From a virus (Duplodnaviria; Caudoviricetes), in the IMG/VR virus record IMGVR_UViG_3300032254_000015, positions 1 through 37,839 of that record: a stretch of 37,839 bases of DNA; one strand, 5' to 3'. Within the stretch, counting starts at the first letter, position 1, and every line of letters starts with the position of its first letter. The translations under genes and the position numbers were made by a program. The notes under the pieces are model-generated. The model saw only the letters and a program-made list of their open reading frames with translations. It made no database searches and was not told the origin of the DNA. Positions 7,674-17,030 of the stretch are shown here, piece after piece.

Positions 7674-9196
7674 TATTGCATCCCACCCACAGCTAATCCG
7701 CTGTCCACATCAACCTGCATATTTTTACTGCTTACTTTTTTGACGGTAGCCTTGCTGCCGCCTTTAGGTTCAACAGACACAGTGAGCTTCGCTTCTTTAT
7801 TATTTAATTCTCTACCAACAGCAGCACCAATATCATTAGCTAAGCTACTCTCTTTTTTACCATTGATAGATTTAGTTGGAACAACACCAGGTTGAGGACT
7901 GTCATCTGTAAATAAACTTTTAATACCACGCCGCGCATTACCTACCGTTAACTCTGCCATATCATTAAAAACATCAACGGTGAATCTTTTTACAACAGCA
8001 CCAAGCGCATAATCAATCGCTTTAACGTTTGTCCATGTATCTGTAGCTTGAAAATTATCCATTGCGTTTGCGATATCTTTTGAAGGTTGGCTTATAATAG
8101 AATTCATTATTTCAGAAGTTTTGTTACTTATACTTTGCTGTGCTGCTTTTGCAGTACTCGCATTAATACGTGCATCACCTCTTACTAAACTGCCATCTGC
8201 AGTCATTGCCGCTAACTCTTTAAGACGATCTCGACCGCTCGAAACACCTGGGCCGGCAGGCTTTGCGAAACCCTGAAATACCTTTACTGCAGTTTCACCA
8301 AAATATTTATTCAGCGTAGTAAAATCACCTTTTGTAACATCAAATATTTCAGGTATTAGTTTTGATGGCTTTCTTAGCATTTTGCTATTAGGCTGACGAA
8401 ACTCTACGCCAGCATTACGAAATTTCTCCTGAACTTCTTTTTTATTAAGAACAGACATAAAGGCTTTAAGCGTTTCAGCAGTTATGTCAGCATTTTTTGT
8501 TGCATCAATAATGATTTGGGCAACTGCAGTTGCATCTGTTAATACATCCGGTGTTGAGCCTACAACAGAGGTCACAGGAGAAATCAAGCCTTTACCCGTT
8601 CTGGCTAACTCGCGAATAGGAACAGCACCCGTTAAACTTTGTTTATATTGCACGCCGAGCAAGTTTAAAACTTCACTTGCTTCGGTTGTGCCATTTTTAA
8701 AAGCAATGCCAATCATGGTGCCTGCATCTTCACCGGCCGTCTTTGTGGCTTGCATAAACAACGCCATATTACGAAGGTTTTTCATGGCGTTTGACTTATC
8801 ACCTGTCATTGCAATAACTTTATCGAAACCTGAAAGAATGTCTGTTTTGTCTAATCGAATATTCGGATCATTAGCCAGTGAAATAAGTTCTTTTTTGAGT
8901 ACGGCAATTTCCTCTACGGTCATGCGAGCATCTGTTTGCATGCGAGTTAAATTCGCATCAAACTCAACAACTTTATTTACAGAGCGTATAGCAGCGGCGG
9001 CTGTTGCGATGGCCGCTATTTTTTTACCCATGCCGCCGAATGATTTATTTAATTTAGTTGTTGTTCGACCGAGCCCTTTTAAGTTCCGACTGCTTGTTCT
9101 TGAAAAACGCTGTATATTTTTTTCGTTGCGCTTTAGTTGGCGATCAAGATTTCCTTTGAGGTCAACAACAATAGAAGTTTTAATTTCATTCTGCAT
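7673..9196 (-). CDS. Tail tape measure protein
   Basis: Between chaperone and gpN; helical, Ala/Lys-rich; 507 aa. Confidence 0.88.
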   Translation of the reverse strand: MQNEIKTSIVVDLKGNLDRQLKRNEKNIQRFSRTSSRNLKGLGRTTTKLNKSFGGMGKKIAAIATAAAAIRSVNKVVEFDANLTRMQTDARMTVEEIAVLKKELISLANDPNIRLDKTDILSGFDKVIAMTGDKSNAMKNLRNMALFMQATKTAGEDAGTMIGIAFKNGTTEASEVLNLLGVQYKQSLTGAVPIRELARTGKGLISPVTSVVGSTPDVLTDATAVAQIIIDATKNADITAETLKAFMSVLNKKEVQEKFRNAGVEFRQPNSKMLRKPSKLIPEIFDVTKGDFTTLNKYFGETAVKVFQGFAKPAGPGVSSGRDRLKELAAMTADGSLVRGDARINASTAKAAQQSISNKTSEIMNSIISQPSKDIANAMDNFQATDTWTNVKAIDYALGAVVKRFTVDVFNDMAELTVGNARRGIKSLFTDDSPQPGVVPTKSINGKKESSLANDIGAAVGRELNNKEAKLTVSVEPKGGSKATVKKVSSKNMQVDVDSGLAVGGMQ

Positions 9197-9329
9197 TTAT
9201 TTGTCGCCAGTATGTTATTACTTTATAAATTGGAAACTGATGTACGTCGTTTAAGTTCAAACCAGTAACAGACGAAACCCCAATACAGATGCTTTCAATG
9301 CGAGGCAGTATCCCCGCTAAGACTTTCCC
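9186..9329 (-). CDS. -1 frameshift extension of the tail assembly chaperone
   Basis: G GGA AAG at 9329-9323; -1 frame open for 47 codons to TGA at 9188-9186. Confidence 0.8.
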   Translation of the reverse strand, partial: GKVLAGILPRIESICIGVSSVTGLNLNDVHQFPIYKVITYWRQINAE

Positions 9330-9694
9330 TTTGCTGTTACCGCCTTGGTTGTTGATTTTGCAATCGAAGCTTCATCAAGCTCTTCTGTTTTTTGTTGCAG
9401 CAAAACAAAATCTTCAAGATGCAAGTTTTCTGTAAGTTCATCAATGGTAAACGGGCCACTCAGATCATCAATGCCTACAACTTGTCGGCGAAAAATATTG
9501 CGACCATACAAAGCAGGGCTTAATACCAGTTTGTGTTCAATCTCACCTTCTGCATTGGTTGTAGCAATTAATTTTTCAGACTCTTCTTCAGCATCCATTA
9601 AGTCGGCAGCACTATAAGGGCGAATGAAAGCATTTTTTAATGTTCTTTCACCGAGCTTGTAGCCGTGGATTAAAGTGACTTCAATTTTACTCAT
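9317..9694 (-). CDS. Tail assembly chaperone (Mu gp41-like)
   Basis: Between tube and tape measure; L.HG...G motif; slippery site at the 3' end. Confidence 0.85.
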   Translation of the reverse strand: MSKIEVTLIHGYKLGERTLKNAFIRPYSAADLMDAEEESEKLIATTNAEGEIEHKLVLSPALYGRNIFRRQVVGIDDLSGPFTIDELTENLHLEDFVLLQQKTEELDEASIAKSTTKAVTAKGKS

Positions 9695-9697
9695 GCC

Positions 9698-10048
9698 TTA
9701 CACCTTTTCTGGCCGTTGGCCGCTCATCTGCATTGGTGCTTTTCCGTCGCCGCCAAACTCAACTGGTTCAGCAGTATATGCTTCACGCATCGAATATTTT
9801 TGGCCTGTATCTGCCTCAAATAAAACGGTTACTCCTTCGATATCGCTCAACTCAATTGCATCAAAATCTTTTGTTTGCAGAACAGTGAATTTAAGCATAG
9901 GTATTTCATTCTTTTTGGTGAAATAGTTCACTTCGCCATGCATTTCACCGTCTCTCTTGTAACCACCAACATTTAGCGTTGCTTGATTTTCTGTTGGTAT
10001 TTTTTTTCCGTCGATACGGATATCGACTTTACCTGTGATTTGTCCCAT
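9698..10048 (-). CDS. Tail tube protein
   Basis: G...IRIDG, TVLFEADTG..Y; follows the sheath gene. Confidence 0.88.
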   Translation of the reverse strand: MGQITGKVDIRIDGKKIPTENQATLNVGGYKRDGEMHGEVNYFTKKNEIPMLKFTVLQTKDFDAIELSDIEGVTVLFEADTGQKYSMREAYTAEPVEFGGDGKAPMQMSGQRPEKV

Positions 10049-10067
10049 GTTTATTTCTCCTTATCGA

Positions 10068-11549
10068 TTAACGACGGAATTCAAGATGGCCAGCGGTAAC
10101 CCGATGCTGCCCTATAAGTTTTGGTGAGCCATACCAGTTAAGTCGCGCACGATCTCCACCACCAATACCATCACCTATTTCAGCAAAGAGGGTTTCTTTA
10201 TAGCTCGCATAATCTTGAACCCATCCTTTGGCTTGCATCTCTTTATACAGCGCTAACAGCTCAATGATGGCTATTTTCGGTTGCATAATGGGCTGCCCTG
10301 CAGCAACTTCCTCCGTGTCTTCAGCTAACTTATGACGTGGATACTTACTACCAAACATGGAACGCTGTTCATAACGAACACGGTCTAATGTTTCTGGTGT
10401 GTTGATGTCTAGGTAACTGTCATCAGCTAAACCAGCGGCATTTAATTGATACATGGTGATTTGGCGTTCAATTTGTACGCTGCCATCACTGGCTACGGTG
10501 TACGTTGCAATACCGTCATATAGCAACTGGTTACGCTCAGTGTCTTCCCAGCGGATTTCTTTAGCCGGCGCTTTTAAACCTGGGAGCGTTAATGTTTGCA
10601 ATGGACGAGCTGGATCTATCGCTAAACTTTTAGCCCCAATAATCCCATTCACCGCAGCCCAAATGTAAGGTGGTTCTGGCGAAAGGTTTGTCCCCATACT
10701 TGTGATATGTGGACAATTACGACTATTACCGTATGTACCTGTTGCCGCATGCGTTCCCTTATAAGCAGCAAAAGCACGGCAACCCATTTGTTGCATAGGC
10801 CCAAACCGTTTAATGAGTTCATTTTCTAGCGCCACTAAGTTTGCTGTGTCGGTAAACGGCATAATGATCCAGTTGTACCATTCGCTGCTAATCGCTGCGA
10901 TAACCGCAGTGATATCTGGGTTAGTGGTACCACCGGCCATATCGCCAAAGCTCATGACAACACCGCTTGGTGTTTTTTCACCGTAGTAGTTCATGCGAAG
11001 GTCAATATCGTTACCGGTTTCACCTTTCCACTTGCAGATAAGGTCAACTTGATTAGTTATCACGCCATTTACAACCGCATCAACCGATAAGGTTTTGTCT
11101 GCAGTAATAGCAGCAGCAATGGCGATTGCAATTTCATCATCCGTGTCACCTGAAGCGATACCCACCAATACTTTTTTACCGCCAATATAAATTGCCAAGG
11201 TACCTGAACCGGTTGCATCCCCCGTTGCGGTAATGGTTCCAGCCGCGGCAGCACCAGCAGCATTTTCATCTAAGGCAATGCCCCACGTTTCCATAAACTG
11301 TTCAGCATATTTAATGGCTTTAACTTCTTCAGCCAACATCGCACCGCGTCCCCAATACTCTTCAGCCTGGTCATCTGTGTTAACACGTGTGGCCACCGCC
11401 TCAGCAACGGTACCGGTGGCTAAGCGTTGGCCTATGACTAATACTTTAAAGTTTGGAGATGCATTATTGGCAAGACTATTATCAAATTCTATAAAAGTAC
11501 CGTTGATGCGCAAGTTGGCAGGTACATCATTAAATGGAATGGGTGGCAT
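10068..11549 (-). CDS. Tail sheath protein (Mu gpL-like)
   Basis: FIEFDNS.A, DPARPLQTL.L, ERNQLLYDGIAT, KYPRHKL. Confidence 0.95.
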   Translation of the reverse strand: MPPIPFNDVPANLRINGTFIEFDNSLANNASPNFKVLVIGQRLATGTVAEAVATRVNTDDQAEEYWGRGAMLAEEVKAIKYAEQFMETWGIALDENAAGAAAAGTITATGDATGSGTLAIYIGGKKVLVGIASGDTDDEIAIAIAAAITADKTLSVDAVVNGVITNQVDLICKWKGETGNDIDLRMNYYGEKTPSGVVMSFGDMAGGTTNPDITAVIAAISSEWYNWIIMPFTDTANLVALENELIKRFGPMQQMGCRAFAAYKGTHAATGTYGNSRNCPHITSMGTNLSPEPPYIWAAVNGIIGAKSLAIDPARPLQTLTLPGLKAPAKEIRWEDTERNQLLYDGIATYTVASDGSVQIERQITMYQLNAAGLADDSYLDINTPETLDRVRYEQRSMFGSKYPRHKLAEDTEEVAAGQPIMQPKIAIIELLALYKEMQAKGWVQDYASYKETLFAEIGDGIGGGDRARLNWYGSPKLIGQHRVTAGHLEFRR

Positions 11550-11561
11550 AATTGTTTACTC

Positions 11562-11840
11562 CTAGTTCTTTTCTGGATTAGTTGCTGTCTTAGCACTAGC
11601 TTCTTCGATTACCTTAGCTTCTTTTTTTGCTTTCGCCTTAGCGTCTGCAATTTTTTTCAGCAAAGCTTTAAGCGCATCACCTTTTATTTCATTAACATCA
11701 CCATCTTGAATACGACGGAACCAATAAGCATCCTTAGTGACAAACTCACCTGCAACTTTTAAGTGACGGTTACGTTCAGGGTTGCGCACCAGCACTTCTT
11801 CTTTGGCTGGCTTTACAAAAATCTTAATTACTTCACTCAT
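11562..11840 (-). CDS. Mu gp38-like protein (DUF2635)
   Basis: VKPA...LVRNPE...YWFRRIQDGDV. Confidence 0.85.
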   Translation of the reverse strand: MSEVIKIFVKPAKEEVLVRNPERNRHLKVAGEFVTKDAYWFRRIQDGDVNEIKGDALKALLKKIADAKAKAKKEAKVIEEASAKTATNPEKN

Positions 11841-11852
11841 GATTAAAGCTCC

Positions 11853-12389
11853 TTATTGTGGTAAATTTACTTCATCAACGGCAGCAGGTTCATCGTCACC
11901 AGGTACGATTGAATGTTCTGCGCGATACGTTTTAAAATTACTTAGTGCATCTAAGTCCATCGTGTATTCAAATGCAAAGTTAGGGATGGTTAAAGTAACG
12001 GCATGAACCCGAGCACCTTTTTTATCTTTTTTAATTGAAAATAAATTATCAATTCGATTTGCCCTTAACGTGCCAACATCTTGAATAGTGTTGTCGTGCA
12101 ATTGCGGCACAATCACATTTAAAATATCATCCGGGCCAATAACTCGCGCATCGTTTTTCGGATCGGTTACAACATAAACAACCCAGCTTGCATTAAAGGT
12201 GGCATCTTGATTGTTGCCCGATTCACGGCCACCCACAAAGGCAACATAAACAGCCGGTGTTGTGGTCATCCAACGGTTTAAAATTTCATCGGTTAATCGA
12301 CCAGGCAATTCATCCACGTCGCGCAAGTTTTGAGCAATTGCGCTGGCCTTAATTAAATCAATAATTTTTTGTGTTGTAGAAACAATCAT
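11853..12389 (-). CDS. Mu gp37-like tail terminator (DUF1834)
   Basis: PAVYVAFVGG motif; synteny. Confidence 0.8.
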   Translation of the reverse strand: MIVSTTQKIIDLIKASAIAQNLRDVDELPGRLTDEILNRWMTTTPAVYVAFVGGRESGNNQDATFNASWVVYVVTDPKNDARVIGPDDILNVIVPQLHDNTIQDVGTLRANRIDNLFSIKKDKKGARVHAVTLTIPNFAFEYTMDLDALSNFKTYRAEHSIVPGDDEPAAVDEVNLPQ

Positions 12390-12832
12390 TAGCCGTTCAC
12401 CACCGAGCGATAAAAGTCATCAACAATATGATTGATTTCATCTTCATCATTGTCATTAATTCCCATAACTGGTCGCGCAGGTAACTCAACTGAATGATTA
12501 CGACCTGTCTTTCCACCGAAGTGTTGAATGGCGGCATAGACCATGTTTGAACCATGCTCAACACCGGAACCATCCATGAAAACGTTGTGTGTATATGAGT
12601 CACGCAAATGTCCACGATCAACTAAAGTTTTACCGCCTTCGTTTAATGCACGTTGGCTGGGTATTAATGCATTACCTTCAAAGTCCACACCTTCGATAAA
12701 ACGAAGCTCAACTTCACTATCGAGATAACCACCAATTTCATCAAACATTGGGCGGGTATCAACATCACCAAGTCGAGATAAAAATTCACGAGCGGCAACG
12801 TCATCAATTTTATGTACAAGACGAACACCCAT
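12389..12832 (-). CDS. Virion morphogenesis protein (Mu gpG / P2 gpS-like)
   Basis: LVDRGHLRDS, GSNMVYAAIQHFGG, LPARPVMG. Confidence 0.9.
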   Translation of the reverse strand: MGVRLVHKIDDVAAREFLSRLGDVDTRPMFDEIGGYLDSEVELRFIEGVDFEGNALIPSQRALNEGGKTLVDRGHLRDSYTHNVFMDGSGVEHGSNMVYAAIQHFGGKTGRNHSVELPARPVMGINDNDEDEINHIVDDFYRSVVNG

Positions 12833-13320
12833 TAATAAGCACCCCAGTCAGTATTGCTTTGACCCTGACCTGTTTTAATTCGGCCTTGCGGTGTTGCTGT
12901 TCCGGTGTCTTGTTCACCCAGGCTGGCTTTGTTCATAGAGATATCGCGCAACCATGTGCGTGCCTGGGTAAAACGATTTTCAACTTCTTCAGTCGCCCGA
13001 TCATCACTTAAACGGTGGCGGGTAATATCAGCGCATACATCAGGCAACGAACTGCTATCAATTAACACTTGCGCTAAAGGCAAGGTGTATCGAGGACTGA
13101 TGTATGAGTTAATAAAATGGGTTGCACTTGTTATTGCATTATCGATTTTTACTAAAGCCTGATCAGCTGCGGCAATATCCGCTGCGGAATAAGCAGAACG
13201 ATCACCAACCTCAACCGTTAAACGAAGTAATGCGTCTGTGACAGCAGCTTCTTCAGATGACAATAAGGCGACCTCCTTGTCGCCAAATGTGTCGAGTAAC
13301 TGTGGTGCCGTTAAATACAT
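12832..13320 (-). CDS. Head-tail adaptor, Mu gp36-like (DUF1320)
   Basis: MY.T, INSYI..RY.LPL, CADITRHRL, A..WL..I. Confidence 0.9.
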   Translation of the reverse strand: MYLTAPQLLDTFGDKEVALLSSEEAAVTDALLRLTVEVGDRSAYSAADIAAADQALVKIDNAITSATHFINSYISPRYTLPLAQVLIDSSSLPDVCADITRHRLSDDRATEEVENRFTQARTWLRDISMNKASLGEQDTGTATPQGRIKTGQGQSNTDWGAY

Positions 13321-13324
13321 TCAG

Positions 13325-13729
13325 TTATGCCTTAGACTCTTCAGCAAGCATTTCCATCCATGCCTGGTTACGTTCATCTGCTTTCACTTTCCAGCCAAGC
13401 ATTTCAGTTAAGACATTTGCATCTGGCATTCCATTACTTGTCCATTTTGTTTTGTCTTCTTTATCGAGTTTGCTTACAGCACCCTTGATAGCAGAAAGAC
13501 GATCTTCAAGTTCTTCTGGTGTTGTTTTTAAATTAACAATATTAGAACTTTTGTTTGTTGGTTCGTCTTCCGGCTCATCTTCGCTTGGTTCACTGATGGC
13601 ATTTAGTGCCAATAATGGTTTCGCTTCTTTTTCAGATAATTCGATAGTGTTGTTTTCTTTATCATCAGGATGATATTGAGTACCGCTAAACTTCACTGGT
13701 GAATCAACATTGTAAATACGTTTTGCCAT
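13325..13729 (-). CDS. Mu gp35-like protein following the capsid gene
   Basis: GGAG SD favours ATG 13729; WT..G.P..L..LG..V...ER motif. Confidence 0.7.
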   Translation of the reverse strand: MAKRIYNVDSPVKFSGTQYHPDDKENNTIELSEKEAKPLLALNAISEPSEDEPEDEPTNKSSNIVNLKTTPEELEDRLSAIKGAVSKLDKEDKTKWTSNGMPDANVLTEMLGWKVKADERNQAWMEMLAEESKA

Positions 13730-13754
13730 GTTCATTTCTCCGGTTATTGGCTCC

Positions 13755-13782
13755 CTGGTCATGTGGGTACCCACATGACCAG
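13755..13782. repeat. Perfect 28-bp palindrome downstream of the capsid gene
   Basis: CTGGTCATGTGGGTACCCACATGACCAG. Confidence 0.85.
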
Positions 13783-13819
13783 ATCATCACCTTTTCTCTT
13801 GGGTTTTTGTATTCAGTTC

Positions 13820-14749
13820 TTAATTGATAGCAGTTTGTAATAAGAAGCCACTTGTGACACCGGTTAACAATGGTGCACGTTCATACTGCGTGCCATACAC
13901 CCAGCTCTTAATGCTGCGCTCGTAATATGGATCTTCTACGTGCGGGTTATTCTTCATTGTGTAGGTATAACCAAAACTAGGTTCTTGAATTGTTGAAGCC
14001 ACTGTTGGCACATAAGCTAAAACAACATCTTTGCCCCAGATATCAATAGGGGCATCTGCATCATCAAAGGCAATCGCTTTACCAATAATTACCTTATCAA
14101 TTTCAAAAACAGCTGCCAGAATTTCTGCTGTCACGATGCCGCGCTCTGAATATTTGATTTTTTCAATAATGCTTGGATGATTTTTAAGCTTACTAAGAAC
14201 CAATGATGGAATTTCGATAACGTTTGGATACGTACCTGTTGATGAACGAATCGCTTCCCGTGCCGCTGTAACATCGGCAATAGGATCTGAATTCACATAA
14301 TCATCCCACCGATCAGTTCCGGCTAAAATGTTCTTATGATTTGCATCATACTTAGTGGCATCACGTGCAAGGTCAGCTTGTTCTTTTTCAATAACTAAAG
14401 ACTCAATTCGCATAACACCATTTACTGCACCTGTTCCTAGATCGATGCCAGGAACAATTTCAGCTTCACGTTGGTGCTCAATTGGAACGACACCTTCAAG
14501 CGCATGGTTAGTTAAGCCATAAGAACCTGCTGCGTAACCAAACTGAACACGTTTGGTTGCAGTACCCGGTGCACGTGCAGTGTTATAAAGACGGAAACCA
14601 TCTTTATTGAATTGGATTATTTTTCCACCTGATGTTTCTACTGGTACGCGAGGAAATAATTCCATACCGATATGGTCTGGGTGTTTATAACCAAGTACGA
14701 CGTTCGATAAAATTGGGTCGATGACTCGACGCTGGGCAGAGTTAGGCAT
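13820..14749 (-). CDS. Major capsid protein
   Basis: DPILSNVVLGY, RAPG, PSFGYTY; after protease and cement genes; strong SD. Confidence 0.88.
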   Translation of the reverse strand: MPNSAQRRVIDPILSNVVLGYKHPDHIGMELFPRVPVETSGGKIIQFNKDGFRLYNTARAPGTATKRVQFGYAAGSYGLTNHALEGVVPIEHQREAEIVPGIDLGTGAVNGVMRIESLVIEKEQADLARDATKYDANHKNILAGTDRWDDYVNSDPIADVTAAREAIRSSTGTYPNVIEIPSLVLSKLKNHPSIIEKIKYSERGIVTAEILAAVFEIDKVIIGKAIAFDDADAPIDIWGKDVVLAYVPTVASTIQEPSFGYTYTMKNNPHVEDPYYERSIKSWVYGTQYERAPLLTGVTSGFLLQTAIN

Positions 14750-14781
14750 TTGTATATCTCCTGATTAAATTAATGGCCGTA

Positions 14782-15201
14782 TTAACGACGCAGTAGAACT
14801 TCAATAAAGTCGCCTGCAGCTGCTGCAGCTTCAAGCGCATCGGCAAAAACGTATTCAGGCATTTCACCACCCGACATAATCGCACCGTTTGCCGCCGTAC
14901 TGGTGACAGCGGTTGCACCGGCATCTAGTGTGATTTCACCCGCAGTTGGAATAGCGCGACCGGTAGCATCAATAATCAGACCATCGCCTACCGCAATTAC
15001 GGCACCAGCTTCAATGGTGACCGAACCGAGAATACCCACGGCCATTGCATCACCGATTTCGGCATCGTGCTTAGCAACACCCACCACCTTTTGGCCTTGT
15101 ACCGTTGCTTGTGCGCCATCAAAACCAACTGCGCGAAATTCAGCGACAGCAGTGGTTGCAATAACTGCTTCATCTCGTAATGAGTGTGCTTGCTTGCTCA
15201 T
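14782..15201 (-). CDS. Capsid cement/decoration protein (DUF2190-like)
   Basis: Ala/Gly-rich; GVA, EAG..I.VGD, ALEAA..AGD.IEVLL. Confidence 0.8.
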   Translation of the reverse strand: MSKQAHSLRDEAVIATTAVAEFRAVGFDGAQATVQGQKVVGVAKHDAEIGDAMAVGILGSVTIEAGAVIAVGDGLIIDATGRAIPTAGEITLDAGATAVTSTAANGAIMSGGEMPEYVFADALEAAAAAGDFIEVLLRR

Positions 15202-15238
15202 GATTACTAATCTCCTGTTTAATATTCTTTATGTATTG

Positions 15239-15781
15239 TTAAGAGTTTTGTTTTTCGACCGCTTTCACAGCAGTGACATAATCCACGCCTTCGTGTGAAT
15301 CCATATACTCAGATGCTTTGTTATGTAGCTCCAAGCGGTCAGCGTTTACGTCAGCACCTTGCACTGAAAAATCACTAGAACCATTTGGGCCATCATCATC
15401 ACCGGCATCACTTTCTTTAAAGTCAATTTGCTTGCCGAGTGCTGCAGTGAAATCGTTAAACCATTTGAGCGGTGATTTTTTGAGTTTTTCTTCTTTGCCT
15501 TCTTCACCTGCAGAGAATTCAAAGTTGGCTTCATCTGCATCTGATAGTTGCAGCATGAATTCAGCCATACCTTCAGCTTGCGCAGGAAGTAACTTGCCTT
15601 CATCAACCAGGGCCGTAATGTTTTTACTGAATTCAACAGCCAATCGTTTGTTACGTTCAGCGGTTAATTCGTTTTTATGGTTATCTTCTTTTTTAGAAAA
15701 TTCTGCTTCAGCATCTTCTTTAGCTTTTTTTGCTGCTTTTTCTACAGCGGCATCCATTTGTTCTTGTGAGAACTCAGTCAT
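15239..15781 (-). CDS. Nested in-frame scaffold protein (Mu gpZ-like)
   Basis: AGGAG SD before in-frame ATG 15781 (MTEFSQEQ); coiled-coil, acidic. Confidence 0.65.
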   Translation of the reverse strand: MTEFSQEQMDAAVEKAAKKAKEDAEAEFSKKEDNHKNELTAERNKRLAVEFSKNITALVDEGKLLPAQAEGMAEFMLQLSDADEANFEFSAGEEGKEEKLKKSPLKWFNDFTAALGKQIDFKESDAGDDDGPNGSSDFSVQGADVNADRLELHNKASEYMDSHEGVDYVTAVKAVEKQNS

Positions 15782-16459
15782 GGGTTCGGCTCCTGTTTTT
15801 TTAGGTTCGGGTTTTGAATAAGATGTGGGGGTATCGCTATCTTCATCACGCAAACTGTTTGCATGGTCAGATAGACTTTCAATTTCATAATCAGGCATAA
15901 CACTGTCGGCTGTTTCAACATCGAACTTGTTAATAATGAATTCACGTATCCGGCGCATCATTCGACCTAATACGTTGGGTGTGTAGCTATCTGATGAATA
16001 ATCAAAACACTCATCATCAGTGGCTGCATTGTAGATAGAGTCCATGCCCTCAATGGCGGGAGGTACAGCACCTAAGAAACCAATGTGCTTTAAATAAAAA
16101 CCATCAGCACCTTTACCAATACGAATAGAACGGTTTGGCCATAATCCCTTTTCAACGCCCTGGGCAAACTCATCATGAAGCTTGTCACCTTTAACAGATA
16201 AGACTTTTCCATCACGCTTTAAGTCTTGAACCCAACCATAAGCCGGTGCATCTGTTTTAGGGTGGCCAACCACCATTGGGGCACCACTAAAGATATTCTT
16301 ATCAATAAGCTTCTTGGTGTTGGAAACAATTTGGTCTAGCTCATCATCAGTCCAAACTTTCTTTGTGCCGTTAGAGTCAACTTGTTCACCGCCTACAAAA
16401 GCAGGAAAGAAGTCATCGAGACCTTTGAAGTCGTGTGTTTTTATATTTGATTTGTCCAT
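15239..16459 (-). CDS. Prohead protease/scaffold (Mu gpI-like)
   Basis: APMVVGHPKTDAPAYGWV, RSI, LKHIGFLGAVPPAIEG; start placed at ATG 16459 from the promoter position. Confidence 0.9.
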   Translation of the reverse strand: MDKSNIKTHDFKGLDDFFPAFVGGEQVDSNGTKKVWTDDELDQIVSNTKKLIDKNIFSGAPMVVGHPKTDAPAYGWVQDLKRDGKVLSVKGDKLHDEFAQGVEKGLWPNRSIRIGKGADGFYLKHIGFLGAVPPAIEGMDSIYNAATDDECFDYSSDSYTPNVLGRMMRRIREFIINKFDVETADSVMPDYEIESLSDHANSLRDEDSDTPTSYSKPEPKKTGAEPMTEFSQEQMDAAVEKAAKKAKEDAEAEFSKKEDNHKNELTAERNKRLAVEFSKNITALVDEGKLLPAQAEGMAEFMLQLSDADEANFEFSAGEEGKEEKLKKSPLKWFNDFTAALGKQIDFKESDAGDDDGPNGSSDFSVQGADVNADRLELHNKASEYMDSHEGVDYVTAVKAVEKQNS

Positions 16460-16466
16460 GCCGTGA

Positions 16467-16520
16467 AGCATGAGGGAAAGGCGGGATTGGATATAGATGG
16501 GAAATGTTTCCCCTCTATTA
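16467..16520 (-). promoter_or_regulatory. Activator-dependent late promoter of the head-tail operon
   Basis: Dyad GGGAAACATTTCCC (16512-16499), 26 nt, then CATGCT; same design as 30221-30266. Confidence 0.8.
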
Positions 16521-16605
16521 GTTTCAGCTGGTTTTTATATGCTGCAGGTTCTTGAAGACAAACGCAAGCAATAAATTTTAACTATATAACAAGAGGAAAA
16601 TAATT

Positions 16606-17013
16606 ATGCTTGGTTCGATGAAGTTTACACATATCATTATGGCATTACTCATGAGTATGGTGATGATGTTTAGTATGACCGGCGCTGCTACTGCAGCAGG
16701 TTGTTCTAACCCAACACATCAACATTACTTTATACAAAACTCAACTGAAGCAACGCCTATGGCAATCGCATCCACTGGAAAGATGACTCAAGCAGTTAAC
16801 TTGGACAGCGTTTCAGTTGCCAATAAAGAAACCGATAATATTAGTTCATATAATAAGACTAGCTCTCACCGCTTAATTGCAGATGGTGGTCCAGGCTATT
16901 TATATAAACGAAGTCATTCGGGAACAGTACAACACAGTAATCGACATGTTCTGGCAGTGGCCTTTAAACATCGGTCGCCGACTGTTGGTTGGGAAGACTC
17001 CCGAAGTTACTAG
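16606..17013 (+). CDS. Hypothetical exported protein (moron)
   Basis: AGAGG SD; hydrophobic N-terminus ending ATAAG; followed by a terminator. Confidence 0.65.
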   Translation: MLGSMKFTHIIMALLMSMVMMFSMTGAATAAGCSNPTHQHYFIQNSTEATPMAIASTGKMTQAVNLDSVSVANKETDNISSYNKTSSHRLIADGGPGYLYKRSHSGTVQHSNRHVLAVAFKHRSPTVGWEDSRSY

Positions 17014-17030
17014 TTGATTGCAGTAAATAG

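Noticed and set aside
8484-9254. 256-aa + strand ORF
   Set aside because: Antisense shadow of the tape measure gene; no SD or recognisable motifs
15318-15821. 167-aa + strand ORF (and similar ones at 3338, 13257, 14903)
   Set aside because: Ser/Phe-rich or featureless antisense shadows of conserved structural genes
16460-16471. ORF-track start of the protease at 16471
   Set aside because: That ATG lies inside the CATGCT -10 hexamer shared with the other late promoter; 16459 fits better
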